A stretch of DNA of 64,000 bases, taken from positions 34,410,001-34,474,000 of the forward strand of contig NC_045138.2 in the NCBI RefSeq assembly GCF_008831285.2, given 5' to 3'. Made by a program: the position numbers and the translations under genes. Under the pieces are notes generated by a model. It worked only from the letters and a program-made list of their open reading frames with translations. It searched no databases and was not told where the DNA came from. This DNA comes from Nymphaea colorata. Its lineage: Eukaryota. This document shows positions 27,701 through 40,100 of this stretch, one piece after another; position 1 is the stretch's first letter, and every line of letters begins with the position of its first letter.

Positions 27701-29140
27701 TTTCCATTTATGCCTGATTAGTTCGAGAGATATGTTCAGAAAAGAGCCGACGGGTAATACCAAAACGGTCTATTTTTTTCACTGTTGTGCATGTATCTCC
27801 CAAACACCTGTTTTAGCTAGTATCTGATAAAAAATATTACTTATTAGTATGACGCTCTTGCAAACTTTGGAGCAAGTTTCAAGCTACACAGACCTTTACC
27901 AGACTACCAAACTGTGCCCTTAAGTTGAATGATGGACGAACATATTTTCCAGACAAAGGAACGTATTCTTTCTCGACAATTAATATGGGAAGAAATCATT
28001 GTGTTCTTTAACTCCAATAATCCAGTTTACCATGTTTCCAACTTTAAGACGTTCATCCGAAACAATATGACAATTCTGTCATCTCAAAGTAAAGCACTTC
28101 TACTCGAATGATTTATGCCGCTCAATGTGCAGCATAATCTCCTCAGTGACAATGCGAAAGCGGGATATGAACAAACTGCACAGTAGCATCAAAAAGCGCT
28201 AATTCCATCTTACGTAGAGCTCATGTTAGTCTGCATAAAGAGGAAAGTAGGAGAAGCATACAATTAGGACGTGGAAGCAGTGAGAGGATAACAGGACTGG
28301 AGGAAAAACAGGGAAACTTGAGGCGCGAAGGCCGATGTCACGTGTAGAAAAGGCAGATTAGACTGTAATGGTGGTCTCCGTGATGGTATCTGCATGGTCC
28401 GCTGATCCCCACACAGGAGTTGCAGAACACGAAGTATCTTCTATGAAACGACTACTACAGTGCATCAAGGTTGGAGGGCAGAAAGAGAGAGAGAGCATGG
28501 AAAGTCATAGGAAAACAACGAGAGATCGCCGGCGCGATCAAAAAACAGGGGGATGGGGGAGAGAGAGAGTATTCAATTCAAACGTTCCAAAAGCCAAGCA
28601 GAGGTTGGGCGGCCAAGTACAAAGCCGGTATCTAACACCAACAAAAAACCATCATCGATTCATCGTTACGTCTAAACCCAGACACACTCGACAAACCACC
28701 ATTGTCCACCCTGATATGATACCTAGACTGGTAACTAAATTGAAGAACTGTCCGAAACATTAAACATGATATTTAGACCAGGTCACCAAGATTATAGACA
28801 TCCGAGATTGCCTCTCTAAAGATAGTCATAGAGAGAGAGAGAGAATGGGAATGCACAGGAAAACAACAAGAGATCGCCAGCTAGAAAACCGAGCATCGAT
28901 TAAAAAACAGGAGGGGTTGAGAGAGAGAGAGAGGACACGCTGGAAACTCATAGGAAACAACGAGAGCTCGCCGGCAAGAAAAAGAGCATCGGTTAAAAAA
29001 CAGGAGAAATTGAGAGAGTTAAAAGCCATTTACAGCAAGGTGGCATCTCGGACGGACCCGTTAAGGTGAGCGTGGAGCTCAATCTTCGGTAGCGCCAGGC
29101 ACCATTCCATATCAACAAACCCGCTTTCTTCTTCCCCCAT
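23093..29140 (-). CDS. MAPDA: N6-methyl-AMP deaminase / adenosine deaminase-like protein, 11 coding exons
   Basis: LPKIELHAHLNGS metal-binding motif in exon 1 (start ATG 29140 or 29110). Further motifs VYLELRTTPK, LLLSIDRR, VVGLDLSGNP, TLHCGE, RIGHA, VEICLTSN and LCTDDVGIFSTSLS lie on successive GT-AG exons; stop TGA at 23093-23095. Confidence 0.93.
24688..24767. repeat. (TA)n microsatellite in a MAPDA intron
   Basis: Long perfect AT dinucleotide run. Confidence 0.95.
26975..27048. repeat. Exact 37-bp tandem duplication next to a MAPDA splice donor
   Basis: TAGTTAAGATTATAAAGGTCAAGAGCAGGACAGAACA at 26975 and 27012. Confidence 0.9.
28480..29020. repeat. Three diverged copies of a ~90-bp GA-flanked unit in MAPDA intron 1
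   Basis: Core CA(T/C)AGGAAA(A)CAAC(G/A)AGAG(A)TCGCC...(T)AAAAAACAGG near 28506, 28854 and 28949. Confidence 0.7.
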
Positions 29141-31205
29141 CTCTCTTTGCCCTCCCCCCACAAACAAAACACTACACATGTTCAGTGCAGGCATCAAATT
29201 TGAAGCACCCTCGCGGATATCTTTCAATTGGCCACTCTCTCCCAATTACTGCTTTGTCTCGCTGCTAAGATCCTGTCTGTAACCCTGCTATACTGTCTGG
29301 TAGTTTAATATACGATGAATATCTAAGGACCACTCAGAGTAGGGTTGCAGTGGATGTGAAATTGGGTCCGTATATTAGAAACTGATAAGACACTCAGACC
29401 AGAGACAGGCCACTAACTGAGGGGGGTGGAATTTCAGTTGCTCCTATATCCTTAAATCAAACGCTGAAACTAAAACTGTAGAGGCCGTTTGGTTGCCCCT
29501 GATTTAAGATTCTTAGGATTTAAATTCATGAATTTAAGTTCAAACCCTTCCCCTCTGATTTCAAATCAATATTTTTCTCAATGTAAAAAGGTAAAGTAAG
29601 GATTGTACCATCTTTAGGTTGATGAAGTACTGATCTTACCATGAATGTTCTGTCATGTAGCAAAAACATGCCACATCAGATCCATACATCTAAACTAATC
29701 AATCCGGCCCTGGGTTCACTTGTTTTTTCCGAAACCTTCCGCCCAACATACAGATGAAAAAAAAAAATAACCCGAAAACTTTTTCAGCCTTTGCGCCCCA
29801 CCTAGTGCAAGTGATTGACAAGAATATTCAAGTTAATGCCAGCAAAGAGAACTTAGTCACAGGTTACAATTTTTCTGAATACTATAATACTAGTATTATG
29901 ATCATGGAGAAGCCAAGGACCGTGAGTATTGGGAACATTGCCGCTTCAAGATAGGGTTTAAAAGGGAAGTCAATTTGAGTACCATTAAATTGAAGCTTCG
30001 AGCCCTACCTTGGATTCAAACTAATTGGATTTGGAGGCAGTTGTTAAACCAGCATATGAGAATCAAACTAATAATTGCATTCAGTTTTGTTTACCACACT
30101 TGACCATACTATTTTGGATTCAGATCAATTATGAAGCAAACTTGAAGCATTGGCATCCTAACTGAGAGAGCGACTTAGTCTGACGGAGAATAAAATGAAC
30201 TGACACTTTCTCTTTTATTCTCGAAATCTAAGATATATACCTTGGCAATTGAAGGAAATGGAGACCCTTTTTTGACGCTAGAATAGTCATCAAGATCCAG
30301 CAGACTTTGGACAACCTTTACTGCTTGTATCGGTCATAAAGTGTTCTATTTGCCCTGGGGCGAGGAGGAATAGCACACAACAAGAGGGAACTAATCCACC
30401 ACCCAACAAGTAGTACCATGAGACTGAAATGTATCAAGACTCATGATTGTGTTGTTCCTCGTGGCTATAAAAAGAAAAGAAGAGAGCTGATCTCCAAAAC
30501 CGTTACTTGATAAAGTGCAACAGCACGAGTGGTTTCTTAGTGAACTCGAATAACGCGCTTTGAATATGATACACATGCTCGACAATCCCCAGAAAATGCA
30601 CTTCAAGATCTACCCATAACCGGTGGGCAGCAGACACATATATCGATCCGCTGAAATTCGTGCAAGGATGATCTCACTGAAAAGGTTCCAGGCAAGGCCT
30701 GCCTAGGCCACACCAAAACACTAGCACCTTCTCGCAGCATTTCCACAAAGACATAAATTTATTATAGTTTGCTACCATCCTTGCAAGTGTTATCTGTTCA
30801 TTTTAAGAAATAGATGGATACTTTGGATCATCCAGTTTTAGGATCATACCGAGCCCAAGATTTTAGTGATAAAACACCTGCAAGAGAAACTATTAATAGG
30901 ATAAAAGCATCCAGTACACGATATAGCATCCACGAAATCCTGGCACAAAATTGCTAGAACCAAATCCTCTAAAATGAGTAATCATGTCAATAATACACGA
31001 GAATGGAACCCGAGACCTCTTTAAACAAGGATAACCAACCATAATAATGCACAACAAGAGAAAATAAAAAAATGAATCTTCTGATAGATTTCCACAAAAT
31101 AATGTCTCACATAGGTAAGCATATGCACATCCTCAAACTGTTTCTTGATACAAACAACGACTTTCACAAAACAAAACTATCGAAAAAGGAAGAAACTCAT
31201 AGCTT

Positions 31206-34200
31206 CTACTTTTTCTTCCCAGCTTTGCCTTCCTTTCTTCTAATGATCTCGTCTGCATATTTGATACCCTTGCCTTTGTATGGTTCTGGGGGTCTCCACT
31301 TTCTCACAGAGGCACAGAAGTCACCTACTGCACATTTGTCATTACCGGAAACTGCTATTCTTGTATTATCCTCAACCTTAACTTGGATGCCTTCAGGTAT
31401 TGCCATCCGCACTGGATGTGAGAACCCAAGATTCAGTACTAATGTTTTTCCCTCTAAGATAGCACGATAACCCACACCAATCAGCTGGAGCCGCTTCTCG
31501 AAACCCTTTGATACACCAACAATCATGTTGTCTGTAAGAGTTCTGAAACAAAGTGAATAAGAAAACAATATGAGAAATTCAATGTTCAATGTTGTAAAGT
31601 TCCGTCAACCTTCTGATTGATTGTTGAGATAATGTCTCATATATGTAAGCATATGGACATCCCCAGGCAGGTATCTGATAAAACAAAGAAAAAGGTGAAC
31701 TGAATTGCCTATATCTTCAACTTCTCAAAAGGTCCTATCACTGCTCCACATGCAAAAAGTTTGAGAGCAAGGCTTCACCCTGGCATTCAAAGCAAAATAT
31801 CACCTATTGGGCTTAACTTGTAGTCTTCAACAAAATGACCATGTGATACAGCTCCGTCGTTTATTGACATCATCACCCAAAGCATAAGCTCTTCAACATT
31901 TGCCGCTCAACAGCTCCTTAACCCTTAGTTCAAACAGCTGATTCATGTGTCTGAAGTGGCTATGGATGAATGATTCACAAAGAACCTAAAGTATTTCACA
32001 TCATCCACAGACAAAGGTTCGAAATTTTCTTCTGTATGAAATATACTTTTAATATATTTCTCAAGGGTTTTCTAACCTTGCTTCATAAATATCACAGAAC
32101 CTTTTGTCCACATTTCCATTCCATTACATATTGCTCAGATATGGCCAACAAACAAATAATGGTGTAAGCATTCCTGGTCACATTTTACAAGTATGAAAGG
32201 ACTTAGATGGCCAAAGCTATTAGAGAAATAATTGGCATCTGCTACGTTGTATTGGTCTGAGAAAAACATACACTTTTGCAACTTCTGTAGTTCCAAATGT
32301 ACCAGCATTCTTAGCATTCTGTGCATTATTAGCGGAGTTCGGGGACTTTTAAAGACTGAACACAACCTGGTAGTTTGAAAAAGACATTTCTCCAAATGAT
32401 ATGCAGGTATTGATGCACGCCTACGTGTGCTTAGCATGCATAACTACCATTTCAACTCAATTCCACGCCAGTCATACCATGGACTAAATGTTATTCTCTG
32501 ACAATGTGAATGAAAAAAAATTCAAATTAACACTTTGAAGATTATTAGTAGCACAATCCTGTTGGAGATACTCCAGAGGTAGCCGCAGCTGGCTACAAAT
32601 AGAAGATGTAGGTGAACATGGAAACACCATATTGACCTTGGAAATCTCCCTTTGGCTATTGCATACATAAATATAACCCTGACTAAATTGGGATACTTTA
32701 CGAAGACTTCAAGGTGCTGCCAATTGAGACAAATGAGCATTTAAAATGTCACGATAACAATCTCCCCTTGCAGATACTAGATTCATACCCTTTCAGAGTG
32801 GAGAAAATACACATGATCATAGGATCCACTTTCCTTATCAAAATCCACAAATAACAAATTGGTTATGTTCATGTGTTTGATTTAAGATGTTTAAAGTTTA
32901 AATAGCCGAAGATAAAAAATTCTTCTCGGAAACAGACTACCATGCCAATAGACAGCCAACACAAGTAATTTAAATGCAGCAAAGCTTGGAAAGAGGATTA
33001 AGCCATCCTACCAACATGCCAATGTCATCAAAGTGAGCACACGACAGGGAGTTTAGATGAACTGAAGGGAATCGTTGAGTGCAACACAAGAAGCTTCAGA
33101 GGAGACTCTCCTATCCGAATGAAGACTAATTGGCTATATAAAGTGTCCACAAATCTAAACTGAGAAAAACAATACCTGAACAACCCGTGCATTTGGTTGG
33201 CTCTCCTGTTCTCCAGGGCCTTGGAGACCTTCACTAGTCCAGATTCCAGCCTTTCTACCTTTACTTCACGTGGATAAGTCCTAGAGAGCTCACCCAATGG
33301 ACCCTTCACCTTTAGATTCTGCCCTTCCAAAGCGATTGTCACATTTGATGGAACTTCTATTGGATGTTTTCCAATTCTCGATTCCTTGCACTCCACATTC
33401 TTCCTAAAAAATCCTATCCTTGTGATAGGAGGACCCTTCATGCAGCTAAGCTCACTTCTTTCACCCAAAAATCCAGACTTGAGAAAGCTGAAAAACCAGA
33501 AAGAATAACTATAACTCCGAACTGCCAATTATTTAAACACCAACTAGTTGCTGGGAGAATAGGGAGAGAATAATTGAAGTAGACAATACAAACACAAGCA
33601 ATTAGTCTTGTAGCATCGGCCGCACCTTCTCCCAAACACAAGCAATTACATGTCGAATTTCAGAAGCATCAAAACCAATGAAACTGTAAGAATGTTCCAG
33701 ATCGAAGCAGAAGTTTCAGTTATGCAACGTCAAAATCTCAGGAAAGATATTCTCGCAAGCGAAGATCGCAAAAAAAGAAGGTAAACGATGGAGATAAGCC
33801 GCATTGTCCGATCCCATCAATATATGAAGGGACAACCTAAACCAAAAACAAGAGAGAAAAATAATGTCCACGTCTATTAAGTTGAAGGTTTCCCAAGCTA
33901 AAGAAAGGGGAAAATTAAAAATAAAAAGAAATAGACCCAAATATAGTTAGAAACATCTTAGAGTGTACCTTAGACCCGAGGTTGTTGCACTTAAAAAGAT
34001 AAAATAACAGCAATGTAGAGAACGATTTCAGGAACCCAAGTGAAAGATCAACGAGAAAGTGAAACAGAGGGAGGAAACAGGACGGGATGACACTGTCTCG
34101 ACACCGAATATATTCACCAAATATAACAAGCAAAAGAAGGACGATAATACGCCTTTCATTAGAAACCCCAAAACTGGAGCTAGTGAAGTTCAATGCGTAT

Positions 34201-34290
34201 ACTCGCAGCCAAACAATGAATACAGAAGAAACAAGGAAGCATTTTAACTTCTGCATCTGCGTGTGCTACGTGCGTATGCGTGTGCGTGTC

Positions 34291-34345
<55 letters not shown>

Positions 34346-34451
34346 AAATTCCAGAAACAAGGGAAAGGAAGATTGGGAGTTAGCTTCTCAAATAGATGGA
34401 AGGGTAAAGGACTCGCCATGACTGGAGAGAGCACGTCAAGGAGGCAGCCAT
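31206..34451 (-). CDS. RPL6: Plastid 50S ribosomal protein L6 (uL6c) precursor, 3 exons
   Basis: Exon 34417-34451 ([13 protein letters not shown] donor), exon 33176-33487 (transit peptide then [13 protein letters not shown]...[11 protein letters not shown]), exon 31206-31542 ([14 protein letters not shown]...[13 protein letters not shown]...KAGKKK*). Confidence 0.95.
34294..34344. repeat. (GA)n microsatellite in RPL6 intron 1
   Basis: GA dinucleotide run. Confidence 0.95.
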
Positions 34452-34599
34452 TAGATGAAGAGAAGCGGAATGACAGATTCGCCTTCTTTCCTCTTTCACT
34501 GGGCGGTGTCAGGAGGCCAAACGTTACGCAAGTTTAGCAGCACTTCACCCTCACGACGATAGCAGCAGGCTTATCCATATCCTTCACCATTGTCTTATT

Positions 34600-36805
34600 T
34601 GTTTTTGTAAAATCATTAATTAGTGGATACAGAAACTATTTCTTGGTTTGTGGTATTTATTATTTTTTTCTGTAGATGTTTAACAATTTGGGGCAATTAC
34701 TGCCCAGATGTTCATTTTCATTGCAAACTATACAACATAACTTGTTTTTATAATTTCTTCTTTTATCATATTTTCTTACGTGATTTCTTCATTTAGATAA
34801 GGGGATTTATTTTTTTGTTTTCTTAAAAAATATCTTTTTATTTTTCTTCTAGGTACCTCTTTTGGGTGTTTGGTTCTTTTTCTCTGTGTTTTTGTTATTG
34901 GTTTTCCAAAATTTTGTGGAGTACAAATTTTATTGCAGAAAGAATGTTCTTTTTTAATTGTTTTTGTATTTTAATTTTTGTACATTTTTTTTCTAAACAT
35001 TTGCAGATATACCGTATACTATAAGAAGTGTTTTGAGAAATCTGCAACGGTTTGTTTTCTATTACATATGGTTGCCACCCTTTTACAATTTCTTGGCCTA
35101 AGGCGCATGGAAGTTTTTTAAATAGCCTCTCCCCAATCTCATTGTCATACGAGTTTCTACATATGGTGGTATAATAATAATAATATGCCCTTAAAAATTC
35201 TTTTATATAGTTCCAACTTGTTAGACTCAGTTGGTGTAGACGGCATACGGCCTTGTGTTTCATCCATTCCTGCATTTGGGATGGTACCAGTTAGGATTAG
35301 CTATATTCTGAAAACAAAAGTTTATTCCTGTAGCTATGCATTTTCCAATTCTCTGGGGAAATGTTTTCTATATGATTCCCACCATGATCTTGCTATTTAT
35401 CCTACTAAATAGGCTATCATTTCTCTGGCATTTTTATGTCTAAGATTTGCTTTTAAGTAGTCTCTAATGACTATGGTTCCCTATTGTTCTATAATTCGGG
35501 GCCATAACTGTGGGTCATGGGCCGCAATATTTAGGATTCGTCCTTGATCTAACGGTTTGTGGTGAAAAGGTTTTCCTTTAGGATTAAAATCCTTTTGGCT
35601 GTCTTGTATTTTCGAATAAGGTGTTCATGGAGAATATCTATAATAGGTATCTTCCATTTTGGATTTTATTTTTTTCTAACAAAAAGGTACTTACTATTTA
35701 TTTATGTTCTTAAAGGTTTTAAACTTAAGTTGTCAAGTTTTTTAGTTAGTTCATCATATTCCGAGCCAGTTGTTTTTAAGTGCTTTTCAACGGTTATCTG
35801 TTGGTTTTTTGTTTTTCTCTATCATTAGTTTTTAAATAAAATGCTATCTTATCTCGTTTAATTGTTCTTTTTGGTAGTCAAACTTTTCTTGCAGTTATTT
35901 TATTACTTTATTTTTCGATTGTATTGAAGAGATTGTGGAATCTAACATCTTTTTGTTATATTGTTAAGTTTTTTCGAGCAGTTTTGCGTTTAAAATAACA
36001 ATATCTAATATAGTATTTAATGGTTTATTTTCTTTGTGGTCTTCATGACCATAATTTATGCCAAAATGGCAATGATATTGTCTCTTATTAGTATGGATAA
36101 TATAAGAATCTCTGGGTAGACTTAAATCTAAAAATTTTAATTTATTCATTTTTAGTTTTGATCTTCTTTTCGCCTATTTTTCAGAGACAAATCCAAGGTA
36201 TATATTTTTTAATCCAGACATTGGGTTGATCTCCATCTTTGTCATATGGTTCCCATACAAGTTTGAGTTTATTATTTATATTGTCAATAGGCATCCTTAA
36301 GTTGAAGTAGAATATCTTGCTTGTTGAATCTCTTCTAAATCTCTTAGAGATTGGTCATCCTCTTCTGATGACTTTGTTTGTCTTTGTTCATATGAAATGA
36401 GCCTAATGTATTATTGTCCATGCCCATCTTAGTAATGCATGGCTGCTGTCGGAATAGTATTATGATAATATTATTGAATAAACCTATCTATTTGCCATTC
36501 AAGGCCAGCTAGTTCTTCAAAACTATATGCTTTAGGTTTTATAAATTTTATCCCCAGTGATGCTACTGCATCGACTATTTCTTGTATATTTGGATTGTAT
36601 TGAACATTATCATTATTGCTGAGTCTTTCGACAACAAGAATTGATACAAGGAGGTTAACTCCTTCAATCATATCATTATATCATCTTGTTTGTACTCCAA
36701 GACACAGATATTTATAAAATTGTTTTATGCTCATATATGTGTTCTGGGTTAGTTATACCATTTCAGCCCCATTATTAAGGTTTATTTCTATTGCTCCTAG
36801 TATAC
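34600..36805 (-). mobile_element. Endogenous pararetrovirus (Caulimoviridae) fragment: degenerate movement protein, coat protein and zinc knuckle
   Basis: Minus-strand translation ILGAIEINLNNGAEMV*...LGVQTR*YNDMIEGVNLLVSILVVERLSNNDNVQY...GLEWQI (about 36480-36805) resembles the C-terminal half of Caulimoviridae 30K movement proteins. GRILNIAAHDPQLW, IARSWWESY and ERLFKKLPCALG...LEKKCTKIKIQKQLKK resemble coat protein. CCIVCNENEHLGSNCP (about 34690-34740) is a CCHC knuckle. Many stops and frameshifts; boundaries approximate. Recognised from memory of family motifs, not from a search. Confidence 0.8.
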
Positions 36806-37135
36806 ATGTACTGTGCATATGTATAATATATATGTGCATACATATATACATATATATGTATGTATGTAATATATATACATATATGTATATAGATATATGT
36901 ACACGTACATAATGCATACATATAGAATATGCGTATGTATATAGTATAAATATATATATATATCATATAATATTTATATCTCTACATAAAGAATATACAC
37001 ATACTACATAATACATGTGTATATAGAACATACATATATGTAATAACATATGCATTTGTTTTATGTATAAATATGTGTATAATATACATGTACTACACAT
37101 ATGTGTATACAGTATCCACAATTATATATATATAT
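36800..37135. repeat. Degenerate (TA)n/(TACA)n low-complexity tract
   Basis: About 330 bp of interrupted TA, TACA and TATG repeats that truncate the viral MP frame. Confidence 0.85.
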
Positions 37136-40100
37136 AGCCTAACTCGCTAGCATTCCACTGGGCTATTAGTGCATTACATTCTATACAATGACAATTTATA
37201 CTTTATAATTATATATATAATAAATTGTATGTCATTAGTGCTGACCATACCATAATGACAATTGTATCGCCTTTTGATAGAAAGGGGCCTCACCGAGGCG
37301 CACGTAGTTCCCAATAGGTGACAAAAAAAGAGCGGTGTCAACCAAAGAAAGGCACCGAGCGATGACAAACGGCCTCCAAAGAAAGGCACCGGGCCCCCAT
37401 TCCCCCACTGGGATTTCATTGCCTACGTCTGGAAGCCAGCCTCTGCTGTCATTTTCTTATTCAGCCCTCGGCCGGTGCGCTCATTCCAAATTGGTTTCTA
37501 CCCCGCACTCCTTACTAGTCATTGACTCTGCTAGTGGGCCAAGCAACAGTTATTAGGACACTAAACCTGCCTTAACCTCAAGCTTACACGAAATATAGCT
37601 GACTTGCTGCCTAAAAATAGCCTGACTCGCTAGCATTCCTGGCTTCATGAGTCAGTCTGTGTGGGGGTTCTCCGTGCACTGGACGTGTAGCTTACTGAAG
37701 CCGTTGCGACACGAATGGGAATGCATGCTTATTCACATAGATGTACATCTACTCTGATCATCTGATCTGATGTTGCAGTATGCCAAGTTGCTGGTTGGCC
37801 CCAAAAAGAAGAGGCTAGGTATCAAAGTGGCTATGTCGAATTCCGTCCGCTTTGGTGGCCACAGCTCTTCCATACTGTTTGCTTCTTACAAGGAGACAAA
37901 ATAAGTGGCGATGGGCATTCTCCTCTCATAAATCCTTTTGTTTTATTGTTTTTTACTCGAGGAATTGCAGTGAGGACACAATACTTGGTTGCATTTCTTA
38001 CGGTATAAAATATCGCGGTGAGTTCATGAGAGGGACAACATCGCCTATCAATAATTCGAACCATGTTGTCTCTCCCCACACACACATACACACTCGCAAG
38101 CACACACACACAAACACAAAGAGAGAGAGAGAGAGAAACCATTTTGCCTAGCTGTTTGATTGATGTTTGGTTGATGCTAAAGTTTTGCACGGCATAAATT
38201 TTATCTAATGCTTCTTTTTTTTTTTGTGTAAACCGTGGTGTCTCGAGAGGGAGAAAGACATGTCACTTTGTGTAGCTGTTTGATTGATGTTAAATTTTGG
38301 ACGGCGGAAATTTTACCTAATGCCAATTTTTTGTAACCTTTTTTTTTATGTAAATGTATTATTGACAAGCTCTTCATATTTTAATTAATTTGTGGACTTG
38401 TATATACACTTTCTATCCAACCAACTACATTATACCCCTTTTGTCAGTAAGAATGATAATAATAAGAGATGTAATAACACCATGTCCGTTTTATAAGACG
38501 TCTTAGATGGCGTGCCTCAACGTCTCACTTGAGTATTACAAAAGGGTCCATTGAAGAAATTGAAAAAAGGTTCTACAAAAGTATTTAAAAACAAAATTAT
38601 CAGGTTAGAATAAGTGTGACAGCAATGGTATGATTCAGAAGATCCGATTCCATGAACAAATTCAGCTCCTCAGTAGATATTAAGCAGCTCTTTCTTTTCT
38701 TTTACATGGCTAGCATGCACAACGTCGACCACATGACAAAACCGTAGTTGGCCTGGCTCGGGATTTCCAAGCCAGCTAGGGTTGTTAAAAAATTTGGTCA
38801 CGAGTCAAGGTTGGCCCTGATTTACATTATGGTTATTTTAAAACTCAACCGAGCCGACAAATCAACTCACTAACTCGGTGACCCCTTCTGCCGATCCAAG
38901 TCTGAGTCACGGGGCCAACTATGCACAAAACAGTTTCAATCTGTTGGTTGGTTCTACAAATGCAAGCAAATAAGAGGGGCCAGCCCCAGGCCAATAGACA
39001 TAAAATCTTCTGAATCAAGAGAGGGGGAGAAACCTTTCTATAAAGAGAAAACTACTAGAAGAGTAAAAAGTTTTATCTTTTTAAAAAGTATATAAATACA
39101 GTAAGTAAAGGAAAAACCGCCACAACAAAAGTAAAAGAAATCTTTCTTTCTACATGGACAAAACTCGAAGAGTAATGAAAGGTATATCAATACAGTAAAT
39201 AAAACAAAAAGTACTCCTTAACAAGAGGTTTTTTAAGAAAAACAGCCGTCGCATGTTACGGTTAACACGAGTGACTTGTACCAACAACGCACCATGGGTA
39301 AGAGGGCAAGCAGCTAAAAAACATGTTCCATGCCGTAGGCACCAAACACGGGCGAATTTTAAGAGAACGCAGCGATGCGAGTGGGTTCAGTGAAAACATT
39401 GAGTGGTTCCGCAAGCATATCGACAATATGTTACTAATTTTAAATAACTTCGTCGATACATTTCTTTTATTAAATAAGACTAAGAAACTTTATATAATAT
39501 TTTTAATGGAAAATATTGTTAATGTAAAAGATGAATATGCTTTTATTCATTGAAAGCAACAAAAAAAAAAAAAGTAAATTCCTGTGACCACCTTCCTGAG
39601 AGTGATTTTTATTCAACAAATTGCAGTATCGTCAAAGTCGCACCTGTTGACGTGAATTTTGAGCGAGTTCAAAAGGAAGTACCAAACTAGACCTAAGCTT
39701 TGAAATCTTTTAAATTGCTAAAACAAAAAATACCTGTTTCAACAACAAAATCTTCTTCTGGATAAGTAAGCACTTTAAGGTGGATGGAGGGGATGTCTAA
39801 ATGCATTGAAAAAGCGTTGTCTCAAAACACCAAAAATGTTTGCAGGTGTTTCGGAACAACTGCAATCAGACTTATCATTCGAGCTAACTCGGGCTCGACT
39901 GGAACTCACCCAAAAAATCTTGACTCGAGCGAGCTTACCCTTAAACTCGAAATGATAAACCAGTCGTCAACTGAATCGTATAAACCGGTTCTTGAAACCG
40001 GTTCCCCGGTTTAAGGTTAAAACTATTTACGGAGGGCCAATCTTCCCGTCTTGATCTTCCGTCCTTCAAACTAATCTCTCTATTCCGCTATTCCGGCTGA

